From the NCBI GenBank assembly GCA_965249275.1, contig CBDFLQ010000007.1, positions 128,001-192,000 on the forward strand: 64,000 nucleotides of DNA, written 5' to 3'. A program made the translations under genes and the position numbers. The notes beneath the pieces were generated by a model, which was given only the letters and a program-made list of their open reading frames with translations, ran no database searches and was not told the origin of the DNA. Shown here in pieces: positions 18,758 to 28,679 of this stretch; the stretch's first letter is position 1, and the number at the start of each line of letters is the position of its first letter. Source of the stretch: Dehalococcoidia bacterium (GTDB taxonomy: Bacteria > Chloroflexota > Dehalococcoidia > Plut-88900).

Positions 18758-19798
18758 CTACCCCAATCCCTCCACCGCACCAAACCCGACAGGCAACTCC
18801 CCCCGCTCCACAGCCTTGACCTTCTTCACTAGCCCCTCGTTGATCGAGACGTTCACCCCCGCCTCCCGACCCTTCGCCACCACCAACCCGTTCAGGTACT
18901 CGATCTCCAGCCGACGCCCCTTCTCCATGTCCTGCGCCGTCGAAGACCGCCCCGATTCCTGATATTTCTCTGCCGCCTGCATTAGCGATAGCTCAAGCTC
19001 CTCCAGCCCCTCACCCCGCCCCGCGGCCAGCCAAACTTCCGGGGCCTTTCCACCTATGGAGACCAGCGTGTGGCCGATGGCCTGCCCGACTTCCACCGCC
19101 TCAGCCGCCAGGCGTATCGTCAGCCTCCTGACCTCGGCAGTCATGGCCATCTCCCGGCTGCTTAGGCCTGTGATCGCCTGCAGGCCGTTCCCCATCGAGT
19201 TCGCCACAAGCTTGCTCCACCTCTCGCCTCCCAGATTAGTCGTAACCTTTGTGCTGTCCACCATCTCCAGCAGCGCCGCCACCTCTTCGACCCTGGGCGT
19301 AACCTTACCGTCCATCTCTCCGACCCGGAACACCGTGTGCGCCGCGCCACCCGCCGCCGTCGTCCGAGTCACGTGCCCCGGCCCCAGAAGCCCCACGCCT
19401 ATGTTGCTCGCGATGCATCCCAGCACCCTCTCCCGCCCCAACGCTCCCGCTATCGTGTCTTCGTTTATCCCGTTCTGGATCGACACCGCAAACCCGTCCT
19501 CCGCTAGGTAGTCTCGAATTAAATGCGAAGCCCAGGCCGTGTCGTAGGACTTGGTGCAGATGAACGCGATGTCCACCGGCGACTTGATGAGGCTCTGTAC
19601 CTCGTTGATGTGCAGGGCTCGGGGCCGAGAGTGGTGTTCTCCCTGCGTCCCCGACACCTGCAACCCGCCCTCCTTGATCGCGTTAACATGGTCGGGCCAC
19701 GGGTCTATCAAGATGACTTCCTCACCTGCCGCCGAGATCAACCCTCCGACAAAGCTCCCCACCGCCCCCGCCCCGACAAACACTAGCCGTTTACTCAA
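18758..19798 (-). CDS. Ketopantoate reductase (PanE/ApbA) family protein
   Basis: GAGAVG, TKSYD, QNG, WSKL, SSTAQD...EIEYLNG. Confidence 0.88.
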   Translation of the reverse strand: MSKRLVFVGAGAVGSFVGGLISAAGEEVILIDPWPDHVNAIKEGGLQVSGTQGEHHSRPRALHINEVQSLIKSPVDIAFICTKSYDTAWASHLIRDYLAEDGFAVSIQNGINEDTIAGALGRERVLGCIASNIGVGLLGPGHVTRTTAAGGAAHTVFRVGEMDGKVTPRVEEVAALLEMVDSTKVTTNLGGERWSKLVANSMGNGLQAITGLSSREMAMTAEVRRLTIRLAAEAVEVGQAIGHTLVSIGGKAPEVWLAAGRGEGLEELELSLMQAAEKYQESGRSSTAQDMEKGRRLEIEYLNGLVVAKGREAGVNVSINEGLVKKVKAVERGELPVGFGAVEGLG

Positions 19799-19856
19799 CT
19801 GTATGCCCCTTCCTGATTGTTTTTCTTACCCTGATCATTCGGTTCGAAAACCGTGG

Positions 19857-20207
19857 TTAACTGTGTGACAGTATATTAACGAGCTTCCCGTAAGGGTCAC
19901 GAGTGTAAAACCGGCGTACACCCCAAGGCTCGTCCGTGAGAGGATAAACGATCTCGAATCCCGCGCAACGAGTCCGATCGTATGCCGCATCGACATCGTC
20001 AACTTCGATCGAAAGGTCCGGGACCTGAGTACCCGATCCTCCCTCACGCGCCACGCTGATCTGAGCGGGTGCATTCGAGCCGGAAGTGAAGGTCACGATC
20101 CACCCGAGATCCATCACGACCTCAAGTCCCAAAACATCACAGTAAAACCGACGCGCATCCTCGACTCGATCCACCGCGATGTTTGCGACAATGCGTTTTA
20201 CTTCCAT
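19857..20207 (-). CDS. VOC/glyoxalase family protein
   Basis: RRFYCDVLGL, EVDDVDA, EPWGVRRFYTRDPYG. Confidence 0.9.
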   Translation of the reverse strand: MEVKRIVANIAVDRVEDARRFYCDVLGLEVVMDLGWIVTFTSGSNAPAQISVAREGGSGTQVPDLSIEVDDVDAAYDRTRCAGFEIVYPLTDEPWGVRRFYTRDPYGKLVNILSHS

Positions 20208-20261
20208 CTCTATCTTGTTCTCGAAAGATACGGCGACAGTCCTCGGAGATCTCCCACCGAC

Positions 20262-21410
20262 CTACTTCTCACCCGCCCCGAACTCCGGCATCACCTCTTC
20301 ATGGAACCGAGTCAGTTGCTCCGAGTACTCCGCCAACGGCATCCCTTCCGGCCAGTGTAGGATCACGTGCTCCAGCCCCGGGTACCGTGCCTCGTACTCC
20401 TTCAGAACGCTGACCACGTAATCGGAGTCTCCGCAAAGCCACACTTTCTGGTCTACCCCATCCTCAAGAGTTGGGACGCGGCTCGGTGCGCCGGGCGTCC
20501 CCCAAGGCCGACCCTCCGCATCCGTATACCGCACCAGCCCGAAGGGCGCGAACCACTTGTACCGCTCATCGTGGAACAGCCTGGCCCGCTCCATAGCCTT
20601 TTCCTGGCTCTCGTCGATGTAGAAGAACAGACCCAGCGCAAGGTCCTCTCCCAGGACCAACTCCCTCCCGACTTCCGCCGCCGCATCCTGGTACTCGTGG
20701 ATGACCTCGTCCGCCAGCTTCTCCCCGGTCCCGTGCACCACTCCCTTGATCCCAATTTGAGCTATGTACCGCAGTGTCCGGCGGCTCGCAATCGGCTGCC
20801 ACACGTCGACGGGCCTGTGCAGAGGTCTCGGGACCAAGGTGATGTCCTTGAGGTCATATCCCCGGTATGGGACCTCGGCCGGGAGAGTGTAGTGCTTACC
20901 CTTGTGGGTGAAGGATTCTTCGTTGAACGCCTTGAAGATGATCTCCATCTGCTCCATGAACAGCTCTTTGTTGGCGTCGTTGTCCAGCATCGGCGAGCCG
21001 AACGTCTCCACTTCCCGGGTGTGATACCCCCTCCCCACCCCAAAGATCACCCGCCCCCCCGACAGGATGTCCGCCATCGCGAAGTCCTCGGCCAGCCGCA
21101 AAGGGTGCCACATCGGCACGATGTTGAACGCGCACCCGAACTTGAGCCGCTTGGTCTGCGTCGAAAGGTAGGTGCTGAGCATAAGCAAGTTCGGGATGCA
21201 CTCGTATCCCTCCCTCTGGAAGTGATGCTCCGCCATCCACAACGCATAGTATCCCTGCGAGTCCATCTGCCTGGCGATGGATTCCGCCATCCCGAAGCAC
21301 TCCGTCAGCCTTTCGTTGGGATACCGCCGGTCCTCCGGCGCCGTCCCTTCCGATCCGACGTTGTCCAACTCGATATGGCCCACATACAGGGACGAGAAAT
21401 GCTTGATCAT
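20262..21410 (-). CDS. LLM class flavin-dependent oxidoreductase
   Basis: WMAEHHF, HPLRLAED, GGRVIFGVGRGY. Confidence 0.92.
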   Translation of the reverse strand: MIKHFSSLYVGHIELDNVGSEGTAPEDRRYPNERLTECFGMAESIARQMDSQGYYALWMAEHHFQREGYECIPNLLMLSTYLSTQTKRLKFGCAFNIVPMWHPLRLAEDFAMADILSGGRVIFGVGRGYHTREVETFGSPMLDNDANKELFMEQMEIIFKAFNEESFTHKGKHYTLPAEVPYRGYDLKDITLVPRPLHRPVDVWQPIASRRTLRYIAQIGIKGVVHGTGEKLADEVIHEYQDAAAEVGRELVLGEDLALGLFFYIDESQEKAMERARLFHDERYKWFAPFGLVRYTDAEGRPWGTPGAPSRVPTLEDGVDQKVWLCGDSDYVVSVLKEYEARYPGLEHVILHWPEGMPLAEYSEQLTRFHEEVMPEFGAGEK

Positions 21411-21448
21411 CTATCTGGCCTCTTCAATAAAATGCCTTGGAATTCTTG

Positions 21449-22213
21449 CTAGGTTGCCATGTAGCCGCCGTCTATCGGGAGAACGTGCCCCGTGACGTAG
21501 GACGCTGCATCCGTGCACAGCCACACCACCACCTCCGCTATCTCCTCCGGCTTTCCCATCCTCCCGATGGGCTGGTCGTTGTGCAGCTCTTCCTGCGGCG
21601 TGTTATTCGATTCCATTATCAAGTCCATCATCGGCGTCATGATCACACCCGGCGCCACCGCATTCACCCGGATCCCTTGCCGCGCATAGTCCATCGCCGC
21701 GCTCTTGGTCAGCCCCGCTACCCCGTGCTTGCTCGCCGTGTACGCCGACGTTCCACTCGACGCCACCAACCCTGCCACCGACGAAGTGTTCACTATCGCC
21801 CCACCCCCCTGCGCCAGCATCTGCGGGAGTTCATACTTGATGCAGAGCCACACCCCCTTCAAGTTCACTCCGATCACCCGGTCCCATTCATCCTCGGGGT
21901 ATTCGTGGAACGGGATGCGGGTCCCTGTGTGGATTCCGGCGTTGTTGAAGGCCGCGTCTATCCGACCGAACCGCGACACCGTCTCCGACACCATCCGCTG
22001 CACTTCATCGGCCTTGGACACGTCCGCCGTCATCCCCGACGCCTCCCCTCCCCCACCGACGATCAAGTCCACCGTCGCCTGTGCCGGCTCTTCCGCCAGG
22101 TCCACCGCCATCACCTTCGCCCCTTCCCTGGCAAACACCAGCGAAGTCGCCCTCCCAATCCCAGACCCCGCCCCCGTCACCAGGGCCACTCTGTCTTTCA
22201 TACTATCGCCCAT
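21449..22213 (-). CDS. Short-chain dehydrogenase/reductase
   Basis: TGAGSGIG, NNAG, YTASK, IDGG. Confidence 0.92.
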   Translation of the reverse strand: MGDSMKDRVALVTGAGSGIGRATSLVFAREGAKVMAVDLAEEPAQATVDLIVGGGGEASGMTADVSKADEVQRMVSETVSRFGRIDAAFNNAGIHTGTRIPFHEYPEDEWDRVIGVNLKGVWLCIKYELPQMLAQGGGAIVNTSSVAGLVASSGTSAYTASKHGVAGLTKSAAMDYARQGIRVNAVAPGVIMTPMMDLIMESNNTPQEELHNDQPIGRMGKPEEIAEVVVWLCTDAASYVTGHVLPIDGGYMAT

Positions 22214-22259
22214 GTTTCTCCTCCTGTGTCGTTCCTATTCGGCCCACTCTCCCCTGACG

Positions 22260-22430
22260 AAGACTTTGCATAACCGTCATTCTCTCAGTGTCTGGCACCC
22301 CATCCGCAGGAGTGGGGCATTCCGCTCGCCCTGTCGCAGATGCGCCGTGGCGTAAGCTGAGTCGAAGGGTCTCAAGAGCAGAATGGGCGGGGCGTACCGC
22401 GCCCACACCCGGAGTCATGCAAAGACCTCT
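22260..22430. mobile_element. MITE-like element (CTTTGCATAAC ends) containing a REP with a 21-bp insertion
   Basis: GAAGACTTTGCATAAC ... GTCATGCAAAGACCTC; insertion at 22333-22353. Confidence 0.55.
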
Positions 22431-22454
22431 CGGCGAGTGAGAGTGAAAATCCCC

Positions 22455-23363
22455 TCACCCCTCAATCCCCGCGTAATGCAAACTTTGCCCGACAATATCC
22501 ACGCCCACAAGCTCGCTGTGCGCCGCCAGCAGTTGCCGAGTCACCGGCCCCGGTATCTCTCCCCCAATCGGCCTCTTGTCGACCCGGGACACGGGCATGA
22601 TCCTCGGGCTGGTACGGCTAAAGAACACCTCGTCGGCAGTGTATAGGTCGTATGGCTGAAGGTCTTCCTCGTAGGCCGGGATGCCGAGACCCTCGGCCAA
22701 CTCGAACACCACCTGCCTCGATACTCCCTGGAGAATGTTGTCGTCCTTCGGCGTCTTGAGAACTCCGTCGTTGACGATGAACACGTTGTACCCTAGCCCC
22801 TCGGTGACATTTCCTTCTACGTCCAGCAGAAGGGGCAGTCCCTCCGGGTCGACGTCCCGTGCCTCCAGCTCAGCCAGCACGAAGTTCATCCTGCTGTGGT
22901 GCTTCACCTTGGCGTCGAGCATCGAGCTGGAGTAGCTGCGCACCTTGGTGATGATGGCGTGCGCCCCGTCCATGTAAAACCTTGCAAATTCCTCGAAGTG
23001 TATCGGCTTGATAATCACGCACACACTCGGTGGCCCGTCCACCGAGGCCCCGCGAGTGATAATCGGGTTGATCGCAAAGTCCCCAACCTCGGCCCTCCGG
23101 TGGTCGTTCCTCGCCACTCCCTCGCGGCACACCTCTAACATCTCCTCCTCCCCGAATCCCGGGTCAACCCGCACGTACTTCAAAGACCGGTAAAGCCTGT
23201 TCACGTGGTCTTCCAGCCGGAACGGCACCCCACCGAATGTCCGCCCTTGATCGAAGACCACATCCGCCACCGCAAAGCCCCGATCGTGGGGCGGGAACAG
23301 TACCTCGCTATAAGGCACCCACTCCCCATTGAAATATGCCGTGTAGTCGTCGTAGTTTCCCAT
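22455..23363 (-). CDS. Class IV (branched-chain/D-amino acid type) aminotransferase
   Basis: AYFNGEWV, HDRGF, HVNRLYRS, EGLGYN, ILQGVSR, ADEVF; the ORF extension past 23363 is REP-derived. Confidence 0.9.
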   Translation of the reverse strand: MGNYDDYTAYFNGEWVPYSEVLFPPHDRGFAVADVVFDQGRTFGGVPFRLEDHVNRLYRSLKYVRVDPGFGEEEMLEVCREGVARNDHRRAEVGDFAINPIITRGASVDGPPSVCVIIKPIHFEEFARFYMDGAHAIITKVRSYSSSMLDAKVKHHSRMNFVLAELEARDVDPEGLPLLLDVEGNVTEGLGYNVFIVNDGVLKTPKDDNILQGVSRQVVFELAEGLGIPAYEEDLQPYDLYTADEVFFSRTSPRIMPVSRVDKRPIGGEIPGPVTRQLLAAHSELVGVDIVGQSLHYAGIEG

Positions 23364-23433
23364 CAATCTCCTCCTGATTTTCCCCTCTCCCTTGACGGGA
23401 GAGGGGTAGGGTGAGGGTGATCCTGCCCCCACA

Positions 23434-24600
23434 TTAACCAACAAATAACTTCACCGGAGCAACGGATTCGGTAGACCCATCCCCCACCAACTCAAACAAC
23501 TCCACCCCCTGCTCCCGAGCCATCCTCCTCAAAAACGCCTCCGCATCCACCCACCCCTCCGGACTCCCGACTCCCCTCCGCCCAATCTCCCCCGACGCCA
23601 CCATCAACGTCGCCAACGCCGCCACAGAGGTAGTTCCCCTCCTCGAATAGTCCTGCGCCTCGAATACCCGCTGGCACTGCTTCCCGTCCTTCTCTCCCTC
23701 CACCCTGACCCGCACAGCCATAGGTTCGTCCAACGGCTCGATGTCGAAATACGGCTTCCCCTCCTCCGACGACAGGAACGTCATCAGAAATTCCATCGGG
23801 TTGGTCTCGAGCCCCGGAACCTTCTCATACGACGAGAATCCCCACCGCACCATCGTCTCCATGAAGTTGTTCCCCTCGGCCTGGTGCAGCCCGCCGCTTG
23901 CCGTCACTTCGGTCAGGCTGGGTATCGACTGTGAGATGGTCACCGGGTCTGGAACGCCCGTGTAATACACCTCCTTCACCCCGACTGGCGGCAGAAACTC
24001 GATCTCTTCCCTATTGGCGAATGCCCCGGGTTTTACATAAGCACCATTGACAAACTGGGGCGCGAGCCCGCTGTTGATCCTCAGAAAGTGCTGTATCGCC
24101 GCCGGGTAGTTCAGCGAATAGTTCCACGAAAACCAGATATTCACCCGACGCGGGACGTCCATCCCGTCGCAGCCGTATCGAGCCAGCACTCCACTTAGCC
24201 CCGGCATGATCCCGCATCCCGTCAGCGCAGCGACTCCTGCCTCTTTTGCCCTGCGGTCCCAGTCCGGGTTGAAGAACAGCTCCTCCGTCGGTTCGTGGTC
24301 GTCGCCCATGTCCACGTAGTGCGTCCCCGACTCTATCGCCGCCTCTACTACCTTCAACCCATGCAGATGATAAGGCCCGACCGCGTTGAACACCGCGTCG
24401 ACTTTGCTTAGCGCCTCTTTCAACCCTACCCTGTCGTCCACGTCCAGCGTCATCCACTCGGCCCCCGTCCTCTCCGATACCCGCCGCGCCCGGTCCCCGT
24501 CCTTGTCCGCCGCTACCAGCTCTACTCCCTTTCCCTCTGCCGCGATCTGGTATGCGATCCCCCGGCCGTGGAACCCGCACCCCAGCACCATTACCTTCAT
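23434..24600 (-). CDS. Saccharopine dehydrogenase-like oxidoreductase
   Basis: VLGCGFHG, NAVGPY, HYVD, GCGIMPG; ATGA overlap with the upstream LLM. Confidence 0.8.
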   Translation of the reverse strand: MKVMVLGCGFHGRGIAYQIAAEGKGVELVAADKDGDRARRVSERTGAEWMTLDVDDRVGLKEALSKVDAVFNAVGPYHLHGLKVVEAAIESGTHYVDMGDDHEPTEELFFNPDWDRRAKEAGVAALTGCGIMPGLSGVLARYGCDGMDVPRRVNIWFSWNYSLNYPAAIQHFLRINSGLAPQFVNGAYVKPGAFANREEIEFLPPVGVKEVYYTGVPDPVTISQSIPSLTEVTASGGLHQAEGNNFMETMVRWGFSSYEKVPGLETNPMEFLMTFLSSEEGKPYFDIEPLDEPMAVRVRVEGEKDGKQCQRVFEAQDYSRRGTTSVAALATLMVASGEIGRRGVGSPEGWVDAEAFLRRMAREQGVELFELVGDGSTESVAPVKLFVG

Positions 24601-25592
24601 TGTCTCCCCAACAAAGGCGCCACCTCTTCGACGTACCGACCCAGCTGTTCCGTCATGTCCGGCCCCACGAAACGCAGCACGGGCGTCGTACACCCGACAT
24701 CCACGTAGGACTGGATCTTCTCCGCCACCTCTTCCGGCGGCCCGTACGCCACCCACAGGTCGATAAGTCCCGGTGTCACGAATGCGGGCCCGTAGTAAGA
24801 GACAAGGAATTGGTGGGCCTGTTCGTAGGCCACGTCCCTGTCATTGTGGATGTTCACCATCAGGTGCAGGCACGAGTCCAAAGCCCCCGCGTCCCGACCC
24901 ATCCCCGCTGCATACTCCCGTATCCTGTCGAATCTTTCCCTGAATTCCTGCGGTTCTATCGCGTCCGTCTGCCAACCGTCGGAATGCTTCGCCACCCGAC
25001 GCAGCACCCGTTCCATCAACTCCGGGCTATAGTCACCCTTGGGGTTTACAGCCAGCCACAGCGGGACCCGGGCCTGGACGGGCTTGGGTAGCGCGTCTAC
25101 TTCCTCGAACTGGAAGAAGCGCCCTTTGTGGGTAACCTTCTCCTCCGACCAGAGCCTCCGCAATATCTCCATCCCCTCCAGCACCCGGCCCACCCTCTCC
25201 CCCGACGCCACACCCATCACCTCTAGCTCTTGAGCGTATTGCGGCCCGTACCGGGCCGACCCGCCGTTTCAGACAGCCAGTATCGTTCTGCCCCCCGACA
25301 GCACGTCCAGGCTCGCCCACTGGATCGCCAGTTGGACGGGGTTGCGGAGTGGGAAGCTGGCCAGGCATATAGTGCCCAGCTTTACGTAACTGGTACGTGC
25401 AGCAATGGCTGACAGGAGAACAAGGTAGTCGAGCCTCGGCTTGGACAGCAGATTATCCCCGACCCAAACCCCGTCGAAGCACCCCGACTCCTCCGCCGCC
25501 ACCGCCGCATCCACCAACTCAGACACCGTCGTCCCCCCAGACACCACCGATCTGTTCGAAAGGCTTATTCCATAATTAACTTTGCTTACGAT
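24597..25592 (-). pseudogene. LLM oxidoreductase with in-frame TGA (pseudogene or selenoprotein)
   Basis: A single frame reads SKVNYGISLSNR...WVGD...GGRTILAV*NGG...PKPVQ; TGA at 25269-25271; no canonical start codon at the expected N-terminus. Confidence 0.7.
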
Positions 25593-25876
25593 GTTGTTAC
25601 CTTCCCTTTTCTGCTACGCCAACGCCGTATTCAGTGTCACTACTCGGCCCCGCGAGAACCTGAAGAGCTCCCCTGACCGACCACCCCTGGAGATCCCTTC
25701 CTTGGGCGGCGGGGCCGCTCACCCTGAGGTTCTCGAAGGGTCGAGTGGGGGGAGGCCCTGGACTGCCTTTCCGTTCCGTCCGACAACCCCTCACACCCTA
25801 AGGTACAACCATGCGGAATGTTATCATATCGCCCAGGCTAATCTAGCAGTACCCGCTATGTAATATCGGAGTTCCC

Positions 25877-27220
25877 ATGACAACCACCCACCCCAAAACC
25901 CTCGACACCATAATCGTAGGCGGCGGCATCGCCGGCCTAACTATCGCCTACCGACTCCAAAACCAGGACATCCTGCTCCTGGAAAAAGAGGACTACTGCG
26001 GCGGTCGCACCCTCTCCAAGCAGATGGGCGAGTACGTCTACAACATGGGCGCCCAGGTCGTAAACGGCGACGACAGCCTTGTCGCTCCCCTCGCCAACGA
26101 GCTAGGAGTGACCCGTAGCCTCATCAACAAGACCAAGCTCCCGATTATCATGAAGGGCAAGCTGGTAGCCGCCTCCAATGAGCCCTCCTTCCTCTGGCAG
26201 CTTCCCATTTCTCTCTCCGACAAGATCAAGCTCGGCTGGCAGGTGCTCAACCTCAGGCGCAAGTACGGCGAAGTGCGCAAAGACTTCCCCGACATCAACG
26301 ACCCCGATATCGTCCACCTCAACTCCATGACCCTCGCCCAGTACATGAATCTCGAATCCGGGGACCTCCGAGACATCTGGGACACTGTCGCCCTCGCCAC
26401 TACTACTACCCACGCCGGCGAGTCCTCTGCCTACCACCCCATCAGCACCTTCCTCCACTTCATGGCGAAGGAGTATTTCGTCAACGGCGGCACCTGGCAG
26501 ATCACCCGTGCCCTCTGGGACCGACTCTCCGACAGGATCGAGACCTCCGCCGAGGTTGCAAGGGTCGAGCAGGGCTCAGACGGCGTCACAATCACCTATT
26601 CCCAAGGGGGTCAGACCCACACCGTGCGCGCCCGAAAATGCGTCATGGCTGTCCCCGCGCCTGTCGCACTCCCCATAATCGACCCTCTTCCCGACTGGAA
26701 ACGCGAGGCCCTGGCCGCCGCCCGATACGGCTCCATAACCAGCGCCGGGTTCCTCCTCGACCGCAACTCAGAGGACTTTCTCGGAAAGGGTGTTTGGCGG
26801 GTCCCGACCGTGCGCAGCCGGCTCGTATCCGTTACAAACCCCACCATCACCTTCCCGCAGGAGGTAAAGGAAAGGACGGGCCAGGGTCTCCTGCGCGTCT
26901 ACACCGCCGACACAGAGTCCAAGCGGCTCTCCAAGCTCTCCGACGGCGAGTCCGTCGAGTCCCTCATGGAAGAGCTCTACGCCGTCCTCCCCGACACCCG
27001 TGGCCACGTAATAACCGGCGCCCTGAAACACTGGGAACACGGCGGAAGCCCTTGGCTTGTTGGTCGCCTGGCCCACGTCCCCAACATCCAGGCCCCCACC
27101 GACAACATCCACTACGCCGGCGACTACACCGCCGGCTCCGGCATGGACGCCGCCGTCCACTCCGCCTCCCGAGTCCTCACCGAACTAGGCCACGCCCCCC
27201 TCTTCCCCACCCCCGCCTAA
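25877..27220 (+). CDS. FAD-dependent amine oxidase/protoporphyrinogen oxidase family protein
   Basis: GGGIAG, LLEK...GGR, YAGDYT...GMDAAVHS. Confidence 0.82.
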   Translation: MTTTHPKTLDTIIVGGGIAGLTIAYRLQNQDILLLEKEDYCGGRTLSKQMGEYVYNMGAQVVNGDDSLVAPLANELGVTRSLINKTKLPIIMKGKLVAASNEPSFLWQLPISLSDKIKLGWQVLNLRRKYGEVRKDFPDINDPDIVHLNSMTLAQYMNLESGDLRDIWDTVALATTTTHAGESSAYHPISTFLHFMAKEYFVNGGTWQITRALWDRLSDRIETSAEVARVEQGSDGVTITYSQGGQTHTVRARKCVMAVPAPVALPIIDPLPDWKREALAAARYGSITSAGFLLDRNSEDFLGKGVWRVPTVRSRLVSVTNPTITFPQEVKERTGQGLLRVYTADTESKRLSKLSDGESVESLMEELYAVLPDTRGHVITGALKHWEHGGSPWLVGRLAHVPNIQAPTDNIHYAGDYTAGSGMDAAVHSASRVLTELGHAPLFPTPA

Positions 27221-27239
27221 CCCCCTCGCGACGCCGCCC

Positions 27240-27410
27240 TTTACCGTCACTCCTGCCTCCACAGGAATCCATCCAGCGGGGTCGGGCCGCTCACCCTGAG
27301 CGGAGTCGAAGGGTCGAGCGTGGGGGGCTCCGCGTCTCACCAACCCGCCACGCCCGCCTACCCTAACCCATTTGTCATGTCATCCCGAGGCCCCGCGAGG
27401 GATCTCAAGC
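27240..27410. repeat. REP-like cluster
   Basis: GTCACTCCTG..CAGGAATCC, GGGCCGCTCACCCTGAG..., and GTCATCCCGAG...GGGATCT units. Confidence 0.65.
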
Positions 27411-27490
27411 GCATCTTCCGCCAAACATTGAATTGTAGAGGCAACTCACACCTCTCTACTGGGGTGGCGAGGGGGAACTCCCCCCGAAAC

Positions 27491-27874
27491 CTAACTAGGT
27501 ATACAAGCCGTCACCATAATCTCCACCAACAGGTCCGGCCTGTTTAACATCACCTCCACCGTGGCCCTGGGCGGCTTGCTCACCGTAAAGTGCTTGCCAT
27601 ACTCCTCATTGAAATCGGCAAGGTCCTCCCTCTTCGTAAGCCAGCAGTTCACCGACAATACGTTCTCCAAGTTCGTGCCCGCCGCGTCCAACACCCTCTT
27701 GATCCGCTCGATCGTGAAGCGAGTCTGCTCCGCCACGCCCTCTCCCAGCTTCCCGGTATCCGGGTGCGTCCCCGTCTGCCCCGCCACGAAAACCAGGTCT
27801 CCAAATCTCGCACCCGGCGAAAGGTTCGGGTTCCCGCCCTTCATATCGACGTTGATAATTTCCTTCTTCGGCAT
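27491..27874 (-). CDS. RidA/YjgF family protein
   Basis: FVAGQ, EQT, FNEEY, PPRATV, VEI. Confidence 0.9.
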   Translation of the reverse strand: MPKKEIINVDMKGGNPNLSPGARFGDLVFVAGQTGTHPDTGKLGEGVAEQTRFTIERIKRVLDAAGTNLENVLSVNCWLTKREDLADFNEEYGKHFTVSKPPRATVEVMLNRPDLLVEIMVTACIPS

Positions 27875-28011
27875 TTCGATTCCTCCTGTACGGTTGTATT
27901 AGCTCCGGATCGACACGAGTCCAATGTCTTCCGCCTCGACCCAATGGGATACTATATGTACGGCACGACAAGCGCAATCTAGGCACGAAACGGCATCAGG
28001 GCGTTCAGCAA

Positions 28012-28569
28012 TCAGGGTGGGCGGACCATCCGGGTTTCCATGGCCCTAGCAGCAGGCAGATTACCCCTTCCAGCAAAGCTTTCTAAGGCCGTCAAGTATT
28101 GGATTAGGTCGACTCGCTGCTGTAAGTTGTCCAAATCGACGGTTATTGGAACCCATATACCGAGAATGGACAAATGGTTGAACAGTTGAAACAACTCAAC
28201 GTTCAATCGCTCCCGCTCCGCCACATCACTTAGGTCAAAGATGATTGGAGAAGGGTCGTCCAATTGGACTAGAACCCTCTTGCATTCTGTTAAATCCCAA
28301 CTAAGGTTCCGAAACTTCCGCTCGGCCGCATAACGCCATCTACGATACAACTTACGGGCAATAACCCAGGAAAATGCAGCAGATACCGCTGCGAACAAGG
28401 ATCCTAGGACGATGACCACAAATGGAAATACCGCTCCGAGAAGTGGCGCAATATCATTCAGGGCCGAGTCCAAACTGGACGCAAAACCTCCGACATTAAT
28501 GAAGTAAACCATGCATGCCGGAAGTCCGGTGAAGGCAAGCCAGATGAGAACCTTCCATAATGTACGCAC
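28012..28569 (-). CDS. Hypothetical membrane protein (lower GC)
   Basis: 185-aa ORF with two N-terminal hydrophobic segments and atypical codon usage. Confidence 0.55.
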   Translation of the reverse strand: MRTLWKVLIWLAFTGLPACMVYFINVGGFASSLDSALNDIAPLLGAVFPFVVIVLGSLFAAVSAAFSWVIARKLYRRWRYAAERKFRNLSWDLTECKRVLVQLDDPSPIIFDLSDVAERERLNVELFQLFNHLSILGIWVPITVDLDNLQQRVDLIQYLTALESFAGRGNLPAARAMETRMVRPP

Positions 28570-28679
28570 CCGGCCATGCTAACTTGCCCTAGTGGCAGTG
28601 GCAAGGAGTGAATCACCGTTTTTCTAGCGTACGTATGAATCGAAGTCACGCCTCAGTCTCAATGAGATTCCACCCCACC

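Noticed and set aside
19857-20207. VOC gene as a third islet bounded by a 3'-end duplication
   Set aside because: No convincing direct repeat of the upstream LLM end was found.
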